From Armatimonadota bacterium (GTDB lineage: Bacteria; Armatimonadota; SYMT01), in assembly GCA_041690135.1 (NCBI GenBank), contig JAWLHY010000009.1:192001-256000 (forward strand): 64,000 nt of DNA, given 5' to 3'. Under the pieces are notes generated by a model that was given only the letters and a program-made list of their open reading frames with translations, was not told the DNA's origin and did not search any database. Made by a program: the position numbers and the translations under genes. Positions 37,572 to 46,784 of the stretch are shown here, piece after piece. Position 1 is the stretch's first letter; every line of letters starts with the position of its first letter.

Positions 37572-38519
37572 ATGCAAGTCTTAATACCGGCCGGCGGCCG
37601 CGGCGTTCGCCTCCGTCCGCTGACCAATGACACTCCCAAACCGCTGCTTCCGTTGGGCGATCGCCCCATCCTCACGCGGATCGTCGAGGACCTTCCTACG
37701 GAATTCCCGGCCAACGTGCTGGTCACTCCCGAGTTGGAGACCCAGTTCGCCGGTTGGCGTACGAGTTTGTGCGGAGTTCGCCCGGTGCGGCTGTACGTGG
37801 AGCGCCCCCGCGTGGCAGGCCCGCCCGGACCCGTGGTGGCGCTTTCCGACTGTCTGAGTGACTTTCGGATCGAGGATGACCTCCTCATCATGATGGGGGA
37901 CAGCATCCATCCCTTCGCCATGGCGGATTTCCTCGCGACGGGATCGCCGGATGAACTTCGGATTGCCGCGTACCAGCTCCCGGACATTCGCCAGGCCGGG
38001 CGGTTCGGGGTTCTCGAACTCGGGCCGGGGGACCGGCTGGCCTCCTTTGAGGAGAAGCCGGAGCAGCCGCGCTCGCCCTGGATCTTCACGGGCTGCATGT
38101 ATGTGCCGCGGCGAGCCGTTCCCCTGCTTCACGAGATCGCGGCCCAGGGCTTACCGCAGATGGGCCATTTGGTGGCACGCTACCTGGAGTTCGGTGAGAC
38201 CGTCCGCGTCTTCCGCGCCACGGGCGAATGGCACGACATCGGTACGTTCCAATCTTACCTGGCGGCCCACCAGCGCTTGCTCTCCTCGGAATGCCAGCAA
38301 AACCTGCTCTCCACGGGCAACTCGTTGGACGGGGTGGTTTACGTGCACCCGGCGGCTCGCGTCTCCGGTTCGCGTTTGCGGGACTGCATCGTCTCCGCCG
38401 GGGCGGACATCGCGGACGCCGATCTCACCAGTTGCGTCGTCCAGGCGGCCGTATCGATCCGAGGCCGTGAAATCAACGGAAAACTCATCGGGGCAGAAGC
38501 CGAGCTTCCGCTCTTCTAG
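37572..38519 (+). CDS. Sugar-phosphate nucleotidyltransferase
   Basis: LIPAGGRGVRLRPLT..PKPLLP, FEEKP, WHDIGT; C-terminal beta-helix-like tail. Confidence 0.9.
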   Translation: MQVLIPAGGRGVRLRPLTNDTPKPLLPLGDRPILTRIVEDLPTEFPANVLVTPELETQFAGWRTSLCGVRPVRLYVERPRVAGPPGPVVALSDCLSDFRIEDDLLIMMGDSIHPFAMADFLATGSPDELRIAAYQLPDIRQAGRFGVLELGPGDRLASFEEKPEQPRSPWIFTGCMYVPRRAVPLLHEIAAQGLPQMGHLVARYLEFGETVRVFRATGEWHDIGTFQSYLAAHQRLLSSECQQNLLSTGNSLDGVVYVHPAARVSGSRLRDCIVSAGADIADADLTSCVVQAAVSIRGREINGKLIGAEAELPLF

Positions 38520-38546
38520 CTAAGTCTTCTAGTCAGGATCCAGTCA

Positions 38547-39482
38547 GTGAGCCAAAGAGTCTTGATTACCGGTGGGGCCGGTTTCATCGGGTGCAACCTG
38601 GCCCGTCGCCTCGCCCGCAACAACTATCGCGTGCAGGCGGTAGATAATCTCTTCCTCGGCCGAGCGTCCAACCTCCCCACGGAGGTTCCGCTCGTCGTCG
38701 GCGACATCGCCGAGGAGCCGGTGTGGGGTGAGCTCGAACCGGCGGACGGCATCGTGCACCTCGCGGGTGCGTCCTCGGCCCCGATGTTTCCGGACAACCT
38801 GGTGGAGTGCTACCGGAACAACATCCTCGGCTTCATTCGCGTCCTCGACTTTGCCCGGGTCTGCGGGGCGCGCCGGGTGATCTACGCCAGCACCTCTTCG
38901 GTCTACGGCAACGTGACGCCGCCGCTGCGCGAGGACGGCGATCTGGATCTTCCCAATTTCTATGCTGTTTCCAAATACTGCATGGAAGAGATCGCCCGCA
39001 TGTACACGCTGCAGTACCCGCAGGTGGAGACCATCGGCCTGCGCTTCATGAGCGTGTACGGTCCGCGGGAAGACCACAAGGGGATCTACGCCAATCTCGT
39101 TTCGCAGTTCATCTGGGATGTGGAAGCCGGCCGGGCGCCGGTGATCTATGGGGACGGTACGCAGTCCCGCGACTTCACGAACGTGGGAGATATCGCCCAG
39201 GCGATCCAGCGGGTGCTCGAGCATCCGGAGCCGCTGGGGTACACCATCTTCAACGTCGGTACGTCGCATGACACGAACCTGAACGACCTGGTCCAACTCC
39301 TTTCGGGGTTGATGGATGTTCCGGTGACGCCGGAGTACATTCCCAATCCGGTCAAGAAGGGTTACGTCCGCCAGCAGCTCGCCAACCTGGATCGGATCAG
39401 TAGCACTCTGGGATACCAGCCGACCATTTCTCTCCGCGAGGGGATCCAGGAGATACTGGAAACCCGCCGCGCCGCCAGGTAG
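38547..39482 (+). CDS. NAD-dependent epimerase/dehydratase
   Basis: LITGGAGFIG, YASTSSVYG, YAVSK, IYGDGTQSRDF. Confidence 0.9.
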   Translation: MSQRVLITGGAGFIGCNLARRLARNNYRVQAVDNLFLGRASNLPTEVPLVVGDIAEEPVWGELEPADGIVHLAGASSAPMFPDNLVECYRNNILGFIRVLDFARVCGARRVIYASTSSVYGNVTPPLREDGDLDLPNFYAVSKYCMEEIARMYTLQYPQVETIGLRFMSVYGPREDHKGIYANLVSQFIWDVEAGRAPVIYGDGTQSRDFTNVGDIAQAIQRVLEHPEPLGYTIFNVGTSHDTNLNDLVQLLSGLMDVPVTPEYIPNPVKKGYVRQQLANLDRISSTLGYQPTISLREGIQEILETRRAAR

Positions 39483-39489
39483 AACGCCA

Positions 39490-40281
39490 ATGACCGACAA
39501 CGCCTCCCGTGTGGCTGCTCCGCCCGCCGTTCCGACCGCCGACGTCTGGGACCGGGTGTGGGAAAGCTACGACAAGCTCGCGGAACCCACCACTCCACGC
39601 CTGGTGGATACGATCGCGGCCCTGGGCCCGGCCGGCAAACGGATCTGTGAGGTCGGCTGTGGCACCGGAAAAGACAGCTTCAAGCTGGCGGCCATGGGGG
39701 CGAAGGTCACCAGTGTGGACTTTTCGCTGCGCGCCCTGGAGCTGGTGCAGCGGAAAGCCGGCGTAATCGACGGCCCCGCTCCCGCGCTGGTGGCCGGCGA
39801 TACCTTGAAGCTGCCGTTCCGGGACGCGACGTTCGATATCCTCTTCCACCAGGGCCTGCTGGAGCACTTCCTGGATCCGGTGGCCGTGCTCCGCGAGCAG
39901 TCGCGGGTGGTCAAGCCGGGAGGCTATCTCCTGGTGGACGTGCCCCAGACCTTCAACTGGTATGCCGTAAAGAAGCGGCGCGCGATGAAGGAAGGCACGT
40001 GGTTCGCCGGCTGGGAGACCGACTTCCACCTCCTGGAGCTGCAGAACTGCCTGCGGAAGGCGGGGCTGCGGCCGGTGAAGACCTACGCATACGGCTACTT
40101 CCCGGCGCCGCTCTACATGGTGCGCCACCTGCACGAAGTGGGTGAGACCCGCTTCGGCCGCCCCTTGATGCCGCGCCCGCTGGGGAAGGTTTATGAGCGG
40201 GCCTGCCAGTGGTGGGAAGGCACCTGGATGGCTGCCTATTCGCTCGTGTGCGTCGGCGTACTCGCCCAGAAGCCGGAATAG
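39490..40281 (+). CDS. Class I SAM-dependent methyltransferase
   Basis: CEVGCGTG, VDFS, LPFRDATFD, GLLEHF, VKPGG. Confidence 0.88.
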   Translation: MTDNASRVAAPPAVPTADVWDRVWESYDKLAEPTTPRLVDTIAALGPAGKRICEVGCGTGKDSFKLAAMGAKVTSVDFSLRALELVQRKAGVIDGPAPALVAGDTLKLPFRDATFDILFHQGLLEHFLDPVAVLREQSRVVKPGGYLLVDVPQTFNWYAVKKRRAMKEGTWFAGWETDFHLLELQNCLRKAGLRPVKTYAYGYFPAPLYMVRHLHEVGETRFGRPLMPRPLGKVYERACQWWEGTWMAAYSLVCVGVLAQKPE

Positions 40282-40295
40282 GAAGTCACCTCAGA

Positions 40296-41333
40296 GTGAA
40301 GACACTCGTCATTTCAACCTATCCGCCGGAGCGGTGCGGGGTGGCCCTGTTCACCGCCCAGGCGGTGCAACTCCTGCGCGAGGCCGGGGAAGAAGTGCGC
40401 ATCCTCACCTGGGGGAAGGGGCAGGGCGATATTCACCTGGGTCCCGTGGCGCCCCGGGGGAAACGGGCCCTGGAACTGCTGCGGCATTGTCGCGAGGCGG
40501 ATCGCGTGGTGCTGCACTACATGCCGGACTTCTTTATCGACGATCGGTCGCGCTGGACGCAGATCGAATCGCGCCTGGCACTTACCCGCATCCTGCGCTC
40601 CGTTCGTCCCCTGGAAGTGATGGTCCACGAGCAGCCCTGGTATCCCCCCGTGGAGCAAATGGGGCCGGCCGGGAAGCTGCTGTGGTACCTGGAGCGTCGC
40701 CAGTTCGCCGCGGCGCCCGACCTCCGGTTCCACAACACACCGGCGATCGAAGTGTTCATGCAGCGGTTCCGCCTTCCCGGAACGAACGCGCAGGTGCTGC
40801 CCCACGGGTGTCACTTTCGCGCCAACTACTCGGGAAGCCGGGACGAGGCGCGCGCCGAGCTGGGACTGGACCCGACTCGCCTCATCTTCGTCTCGGTCGG
40901 CTTCATCTCGCCGCGCAAGGGATACGAGCTGGCGCTGGAGGCGCTCTCGCGCATTCCCGAAGTGGATTGTGAGTACTACATCGTCGGGACCGCGCATCCG
41001 GGGAACGGCGCGGACGACGAGCAGTACATCCAGCGCTTGCAAGAATTGAGCGCGGGGGATGCACGCATCCGGTACCTGCTGGATTTTGTAGATGATGTGG
41101 CGTTCGATCGCTGGACCCGCGCCGCGGATGTGGTCCTGATTCCGTCGAAGGCGGCCAGCTCCTCCAGCGTCCTGGCGCGGTGCCGGCTCCTCGGCACTCC
41201 CGCCATTACCACCGCTCAACCCGGGCTGGTGGCGGAGCTAGGCCCCGGTGACCAGGCGATCGCGAGTGCGGAAGAACTGGCGGCCGCGATCCGACGCTGC
41301 CGCCGCGCCGATACCCTCACCGCCGTCGGGTGA
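40296..41333 (+). CDS. Glycosyltransferase family 4
   Basis: STYPPERCGVA, LPHG, GFISPRKG, AADVVLIP, SSSVL. Confidence 0.85.
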   Translation: MKTLVISTYPPERCGVALFTAQAVQLLREAGEEVRILTWGKGQGDIHLGPVAPRGKRALELLRHCREADRVVLHYMPDFFIDDRSRWTQIESRLALTRILRSVRPLEVMVHEQPWYPPVEQMGPAGKLLWYLERRQFAAAPDLRFHNTPAIEVFMQRFRLPGTNAQVLPHGCHFRANYSGSRDEARAELGLDPTRLIFVSVGFISPRKGYELALEALSRIPEVDCEYYIVGTAHPGNGADDEQYIQRLQELSAGDARIRYLLDFVDDVAFDRWTRAADVVLIPSKAASSSSVLARCRLLGTPAITTAQPGLVAELGPGDQAIASAEELAAAIRRCRRADTLTAVG

Positions 41334-41349
41334 TCTTTGTCCCGCTGGC

Positions 41350-41381
41350 GGCGAAGGGTAACGCCTTCAGAACGCCGATAA
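41350..41381 (+). promoter_or_regulatory. Candidate internal alternative-sigma promoter (sigma28-like -10)
   Basis: GGCGAAGGG-N15-GCCGATAA; the same motif recurs at 55701-55733. Confidence 0.5.
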
Positions 41382-41449
41382 TCTCACAGGTCGCCCGTAG
41401 CAGATAGGCGACGACCGCCCGAGAGCGGTAGGCCCCCGGAGGGAGACTC

Positions 41450-42457
41450 TTGAAGCGAGCACTAATTACCGGCATTACCGGCCAGGATGGACCGTACCTG
41501 GCGGCCCACCTGATTTCCCTGGGCTACCAGGTATTCGGGCTGGTGCGTGGGCACGACAACCCGAAACTCCGCGGCGTCCGGGAGATCGTGCCCGACATCG
41601 AGTTTGTCGGGGGCGATCTCCTCGACCACGTGTCCTTGATCCGGGCGGTGGAGCAGGCCGCGCCGGATGAGCTTTACAATCTGGCCGCCATCTCCGCGGT
41701 TCCCATCTCGTGGCAGCAGTCCGAGTTGGTGAGCCAGATCAACGGCCTGGGAGTGTGGCGGCTGCTGGAAGCCCTGCGCATCACCGGCCGCACCCGGACC
41801 CGTTTCTTCCAGGCTTCGAGCGCCGAAGTGTTCGGAGACGTGGACCGCTGCCCGCAGGACGAGTCCACTCCCATCCGGCCGCGGAACCCGTATGGGATCG
41901 CCAAACTGTACGCCCACGAGGTGGTCAGGAACTACCGCGATCACTTCGGGATGTTTGCGGTCAATGGCATTCTCTACCCGCACGAGAGCCTGCGGCGGAG
42001 CGAAGAGTTCGTGACCCGCAAGATCACGCGGGCCGCGGCGCGGATCAAGCTGGGGATGCAGAAGGAGTTGGGCATCGGGAACCTGCAGGCCCAGCGAGAC
42101 TGGGGCTATGCGCCGGATTACGTCCGCGCTTACCACCTGATGCTCCAGCACGACATGCCGGAAGACTTCGTCATCGGCTCGGGCGTGATGCACACCATTG
42201 AGGACGTGCTGCGGATCGCCTTCAGCCGGGTGGGCCTGGACTGGTGCGAGTACGTCAAGGTCGACCCTCGGTTCTACCGGAAGCCGGAGCAGTTCCCCAT
42301 GCGCAGCGACGCCGGCAAGGCGCGAGAGAAGCTGGGCTGGGAGCCCCGGGTGACGGTGGAGCAGATGATCCAGATGATGGTGGACTACGATTTGAACGAT
42401 CTGGCCGGCGAGGGAAGCGCTCCCGTTCCCGGCGGTCTGGTGGAGAGCATTGCATGA
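41450..42457 (+). CDS. gmd: GDP-mannose 4,6-dehydratase
   Basis: ALITGITGQDG.YLA, YNLAA, QASS.E, PYGIAK, HES.RR..FVTRKI, RDWG; TTG start with GGAG RBS. Confidence 0.92.
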   Translation: MKRALITGITGQDGPYLAAHLISLGYQVFGLVRGHDNPKLRGVREIVPDIEFVGGDLLDHVSLIRAVEQAAPDELYNLAAISAVPISWQQSELVSQINGLGVWRLLEALRITGRTRTRFFQASSAEVFGDVDRCPQDESTPIRPRNPYGIAKLYAHEVVRNYRDHFGMFAVNGILYPHESLRRSEEFVTRKITRAAARIKLGMQKELGIGNLQAQRDWGYAPDYVRAYHLMLQHDMPEDFVIGSGVMHTIEDVLRIAFSRVGLDWCEYVKVDPRFYRKPEQFPMRSDAGKAREKLGWEPRVTVEQMIQMMVDYDLNDLAGEGSAPVPGGLVESIA

Positions 42458-43692
42458 ACGGCCTCTGTCGCCTGAACGGCGATCCTCTCATTGAGGTGAT
42501 CGACCTCGGAGAGCTGTATGTTTCCGATTTCGTTGAGGATCCCGCGCAGGGGACGCGCTGCCCGCTGAAGCTGGGGATCGGGCCGACTTCCGGGCTGGTG
42601 CAGCTCTTCGATACCTTTCCGCAGGAAGAGATCTACCGCCACTACTGGTACCGCTCCGGCATCAACGAAGCGATGCGCAACGAGTTGGCGGATATCGTCC
42701 GCTCCGCCAAACGCTTCGTCCGCCTTCAGGCGGGGGATGTCGTTCTGGATATCGGCAGCAATGACGGCACGCTGCTGAGCTTCTGGGACAAGGAACTCTT
42801 CCGCATCGGGATCGACCCGTCGCGCAACCTGGCGGAGCATTCGCGCCACCATGCGAGCGAGATCGTGGTCGACTTTTTCTCCCGCGATGCGTTCGCGGGG
42901 GTGACTTCGAAGCGCGCCAAGGTCATCACGTCTATTGCGATGTTCTACGACCTGGAAGACCCACATTCGTTCGTGGAGGACGTGCGGAACTGCCTGGACG
43001 AGCATGGCGTGTGGATCGCGCAGTTGAGCTATACGCCGCTGATGCTGGAGCAGAACGCGTTCGACAACATCCTGGCCGAGCACCTGGAATACTACACGCT
43101 CACGGTGGTGAAGAACCTGCTGGCGGAGCACGGCCTGCGCATTGTGGACGTGGAGTTGAACGATACCAACTCGGGCAGCTTCCGCCTCTACATCACGCAC
43201 GACGGCAATCGGTCGCTGAACCTGCCCGTGTTCACCGAAATGATCGGAGAGTACCGGGTCCAATCTCTTCTGACCCATGAGGCCGCACTGGACTTGAGTT
43301 CACCGGCGCCATGGCTCGCCTTCATGGACCGGGTGCGGACCAACCGGGACGCGACGGTGGACCTGCTGCGGAAGCTGGCGGACGAGGGGAAGAAGGTCGT
43401 CGGCTACGGGGCCAGCACCAAAGGGAACACCACGCTCCAGTACTACGGCATCACGCCGGAAATCCTGCCGTGCATTGCGGAGCGAAGCCAGGAGAAGGTC
43501 GGGAAGCGGACCGTCGGCACCGGCATTCCGATCATCAGCGAAGAAGAGATGCGAGCGATGCGCCCCGACTACCTCTTCGTGCTGCCCTGGCACTTCATCA
43601 AGGCGTTCGAGGAGCGGGAGAGCGAGCTTCTGGCGGCAGGCACTAAGCTGATCGTCCCGCTGCCGAGCCTCACCGTTATCGGTAGGGATTGA
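42454..43692 (+). CDS. NDP-sugar C-methyltransferase family protein
   Basis: GLVQL, YWYRSG, LDIGSNDGTLL, EHLEYY, GYGASTKGNT.LQY, PDYLFVLPWHF. Confidence 0.88.
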   Translation: MNGLCRLNGDPLIEVIDLGELYVSDFVEDPAQGTRCPLKLGIGPTSGLVQLFDTFPQEEIYRHYWYRSGINEAMRNELADIVRSAKRFVRLQAGDVVLDIGSNDGTLLSFWDKELFRIGIDPSRNLAEHSRHHASEIVVDFFSRDAFAGVTSKRAKVITSIAMFYDLEDPHSFVEDVRNCLDEHGVWIAQLSYTPLMLEQNAFDNILAEHLEYYTLTVVKNLLAEHGLRIVDVELNDTNSGSFRLYITHDGNRSLNLPVFTEMIGEYRVQSLLTHEAALDLSSPAPWLAFMDRVRTNRDATVDLLRKLADEGKKVVGYGASTKGNTTLQYYGITPEILPCIAERSQEKVGKRTVGTGIPIISEEEMRAMRPDYLFVLPWHFIKAFEERESELLAAGTKLIVPLPSLTVIGRD

Positions 43693-43811
43693 GCGGATAA
43701 CCGAGAGGACGTGCAGACTGGGGGCATCCGCAAGCGTGGTGCAGTTTCACGTGCGCCTACTGCTGCCAACACGAATGTGGTCCGGACTCTATATCCACAG
43801 TGAGCGACCCG

Positions 43812-44030
43812 GACGGTAGGGAATGCGACGTACACCCGGCGGAGCTTGGGCCGTTCCATTCCGTAGTCCGTGAAGTTGATCCCGTTGCGCCAATCCAGAC
43901 CGGTCCGGCACCCGTGCCGTTACGATTTGGCGCAGCGGGATCAACTCCAAGCTGGCGGAACACTACGGCGAGACGTTCCCTACAGGTGCTGGTACCGAAG
44001 GCTTGTCGCACGCGAGCCGACACAGGCCGT
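43812..44030 (+). ncRNA. Candidate structured RNA with pseudoknot, unknown class
   Basis: Nested helices of 10, 7 and 20 bp plus a 7-bp loop-to-bulge pairing (see findings). Confidence 0.5.
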
Positions 44031-44262
44031 CAGAGATTTCCCGCCCGCATGAGAATCTGCTCGCCATTTGCGGGGAGTACCTTCTAACAGGAGCAGGTCC
44101 GTGTCGCGTCCATCCGGATATCGTCTCCACCCTGGTGCGGTAGTCCGGGCGTAGTTTCGCGGCGAAACCGCGTATCTCTTACCGCCGGTGCCCCACTGCC
44201 CCATGTTTCGGGGTGATTGCTCCGAAATCCCGCGGAGCCAGTGGCCCGCCCGAGGGTTGCGA

Positions 44263-46083
44263 GTGAGGATTCTAGGTCTCTCCGCTTATTACCACGACAG
44301 CGCCGCGGCCCTGATCGAGGACGGCGAGATCCTGGCTGCCGCACAGGAAGAACGCTTCACCCGGATCAAGCAGGACTCGGCCTACCCGCGGCGTGCGATC
44401 GGGTTCTGCCTGGAACGCGCCGGGATCGGCCTGAAGGAACTCGACGCGGTGGTCTTCTATGAGAAGCCGCTCGTCAAGGCCGAACGGCTGCTGGAAACGT
44501 ACCTCGCGGTAGCCCCCTCCGGCCTCGGGGCCTTCCTTGCCGGGATTCCCACCTGGCTACGCGGCAAGGCGAATATCGCCGCCACTCTCCGGAAAGAATT
44601 GGGTCGCCGCTACGCCGGCCCCATCCTCTTCACGGAGCACCACGAGTCGCACGCGGCGAGCGCTTTCTTCCCTTCCCCGTATGAGGACGCGGCGATTCTG
44701 ACCGTGGACGGGGTGGGGGAGTGGGCGACCACCACGCTCGGCGTGGGCGAAGGCAACCGGATCCGCATCCTGAAGGAGATCCGGTTCCCGCACTCCCTCG
44801 GACTGCTCTACAGCGCGTTCACCTATTACACCGGGTTCAAGGTCAACTCCGGCGAGTACAAGGTGATGGGCCTGGCCCCCTACGGGGAAGCGAAATACGT
44901 CGAGCGCATCTACGAGCACCTGATCCGCGTGGAGGACGACGGCAGCTTCTGGCTCAACCAGGAGTATTTCCACTACTGCCGCGGTCTCACGATGACCAAC
45001 GACCGTTTCCACGCCCTGTTCGGCGGACCGCCGCGTGCGCCGGAATCTCTGCTCACGCAGAAGGAAATGGACCTCGCGGCCAGCGTGCAGGTGGTTACCG
45101 AGGAGCTCATGCTCAAGCTGGCCCGCCACGCTCAAGAGGTGACGGGGAAGTCAAAGCTGTGCATGGCGGGCGGGGTGGCGTTGAACTGCGTGGCGAACGG
45201 GCGAATTCTGCGGGAAGGCCCGTTTGAGGAGATGTTCATCCAGCCGGCAGCGGGCGATGCGGGCGGGGCCCTGGGTGCGGCCCTACACGTGTGGCACCAG
45301 GTGCTCGGGCGGGAACGACGACCAAAAGTGCAGGATAGCATGCGGGGCGCGTACCTGGGGCCGGAGTATTCCGACGCGGAGATCCGGGCCTGTCTGGAGC
45401 AGGCCGGCGCCGTTTCGGAGTATCTGGATGATGCCGAACTGGCCGATCGGGTGGCGCGGCTTCTGGCTGAAGAGAAGGTGGTCGGCTGGTTCCGAGGCCG
45501 GATGGAGTTTGGCCCGCGCGCGCTGGGCGCTCGCAGTATTCTGGGGGACCCCCGGAGCCCCCGCATGCAGGCGCAGATGAACTTGAAGATCAAGTTTCGG
45601 GAGAGCTTCCGGCCGTTCGCCCCCTCGGTGCTCCGCGAGCACGCGGCGGAGTATTTCGACCTGGAGGCGGAGAGCCCCTACATGCTTCAGGTCGCCCAGG
45701 TGGCCCAGGAGAAGCAACTGCCGCCGCCGCCCGGCGCGGATGAGTTGTGGGGCATCGAGAAGCTCAACGTCCCGCGGAGCACCATCCCGGCGGTGACCCA
45801 CGTGGACTACAGCGCCCGCGTGCAGACGGTAGACGCGGAGCGGCACGGGCTGTACCACACGCTGATTCAGCGTTTCTATGAATTGACCGGGTGCCCGGTG
45901 GTGGTGAACACCAGCTTCAACGTGCGCGGTGAGCCGATCGTCTGTACGCCGGAGGATGCCTACCGCTGTTTCATGTTCACCCACATCGACGTTCTCGTTC
46001 TGGGTAACCACCTGCTCCTGAAGGAGCGACAGCCTCCGATGCCGGGTGCGGAAGAACACCTGTCCCGCTTTGAGCTCGATTGA
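44263..46083 (+). CDS. O-carbamoyltransferase (NodU/CmcH/SxtI family)
   Basis: ILGLSAYYHDSAAAL, AAQEERFTR, HHESHAASAF, GEYKVMGLAPYG, AGGVALNC, EFGPRALG, FRPFAP, NTSFN. Confidence 0.95.
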   Translation: MRILGLSAYYHDSAAALIEDGEILAAAQEERFTRIKQDSAYPRRAIGFCLERAGIGLKELDAVVFYEKPLVKAERLLETYLAVAPSGLGAFLAGIPTWLRGKANIAATLRKELGRRYAGPILFTEHHESHAASAFFPSPYEDAAILTVDGVGEWATTTLGVGEGNRIRILKEIRFPHSLGLLYSAFTYYTGFKVNSGEYKVMGLAPYGEAKYVERIYEHLIRVEDDGSFWLNQEYFHYCRGLTMTNDRFHALFGGPPRAPESLLTQKEMDLAASVQVVTEELMLKLARHAQEVTGKSKLCMAGGVALNCVANGRILREGPFEEMFIQPAAGDAGGALGAALHVWHQVLGRERRPKVQDSMRGAYLGPEYSDAEIRACLEQAGAVSEYLDDAELADRVARLLAEEKVVGWFRGRMEFGPRALGARSILGDPRSPRMQAQMNLKIKFRESFRPFAPSVLREHAAEYFDLEAESPYMLQVAQVAQEKQLPPPPGADELWGIEKLNVPRSTIPAVTHVDYSARVQTVDAERHGLYHTLIQRFYELTGCPVVVNTSFNVRGEPIVCTPEDAYRCFMFTHIDVLVLGNHLLLKERQPPMPGAEEHLSRFELD

Positions 46084-46089
46084 ACCCCC

Positions 46090-46530
46090 ATGTCTGTCCA
46101 GCAAATCAAACAGCTTCCCTGCTTCAGCCATCTGGAGTGGAACCCCTCCCGCAAGTTGCTGCGCGAGTTCGCAGTGGCGATGGTGGTCGGGTTTCTCTTG
46201 ATTGGCGCCCTGGTCGCCTGGCGGCACCGCGGCCTGGGAACGGCCACCTACGTACTCTGGTCCGTGGGGTTGCTGCTGGCGGTGGGATCCCAGGTGCCCG
46301 GGCTGGGACGGTTCGTCTACCTGGCCGTGAACGTACCCACCGGTATCCTGGGGCATTTCGTCAGCCGCATTATCCTGGTCGTGCTGTTTTTGGTGGTTTT
46401 CACGCCGATCGGGCTGTTGCTGCGGCTGATGGGGAAGGACCTGCTGCACCTCCGGAGGCCCGAGGGCGGCTCCTTGTGGGGAGATCGTGCCGGGTCACCG
46501 TCACAGGATAGTTACTACCGGCAGTTCTAA
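46090..46530 (+). CDS. SxtJ-family membrane protein
   Basis: LREF, TM helices, FTPIGLLLRLMGKDLL, terminal YYRQF; follows the carbamoyltransferase. Confidence 0.8.
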   Translation: MSVQQIKQLPCFSHLEWNPSRKLLREFAVAMVVGFLLIGALVAWRHRGLGTATYVLWSVGLLLAVGSQVPGLGRFVYLAVNVPTGILGHFVSRIILVVLFLVVFTPIGLLLRLMGKDLLHLRRPEGGSLWGDRAGSPSQDSYYRQF

Positions 46531-46734
46531 ATGCTGCCAAAGACCAGGGACATCAAGATGGAGCCCCCAAACGATTTGAAGAAGAACCGGAGCTTTGCTG
46601 CCGACGTGTTCGCATTCCTCATGCAGAACAAGAAGTGGTGGTTAATTCCGGTGGTCGTCGTCCTCACGCTGGTCGGTTTGTTGATCGCTCTGGGCGGCAC
46701 GGCGGCCGCTCCCTTCATTTACTCGCTCTTCTAG
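46531..46734 (+). CDS. SxtK/DUF5989-family small membrane protein
   Basis: FLMQNKKWWLIP...AAPFIYSLF; alternative start 46558. Confidence 0.85.
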   Translation: MLPKTRDIKMEPPNDLKKNRSFAADVFAFLMQNKKWWLIPVVVVLTLVGLLIALGGTAAAPFIYSLF

Positions 46735-46784
46735 AGCCTTCGACCGCAGGCTGGTACGCATTGGGCGCAGAGGTTAGAAGCAAG

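Noticed and set aside
43751-44175. Group II intron remnant (GTGCG at 43751; cgcgg-cgaaa-ccgcg near 44157)
   Set aside because: No domain V with the catalytic AGC/CGC triad and bulge, no RT ORF, and no interrupted gene.
44263-46734. Saxitoxin biosynthesis cluster
   Set aside because: Only the sxtI/J/K-like module is present; there are no sxtA, sxtG or other core genes, and the context is polysaccharide synthesis.
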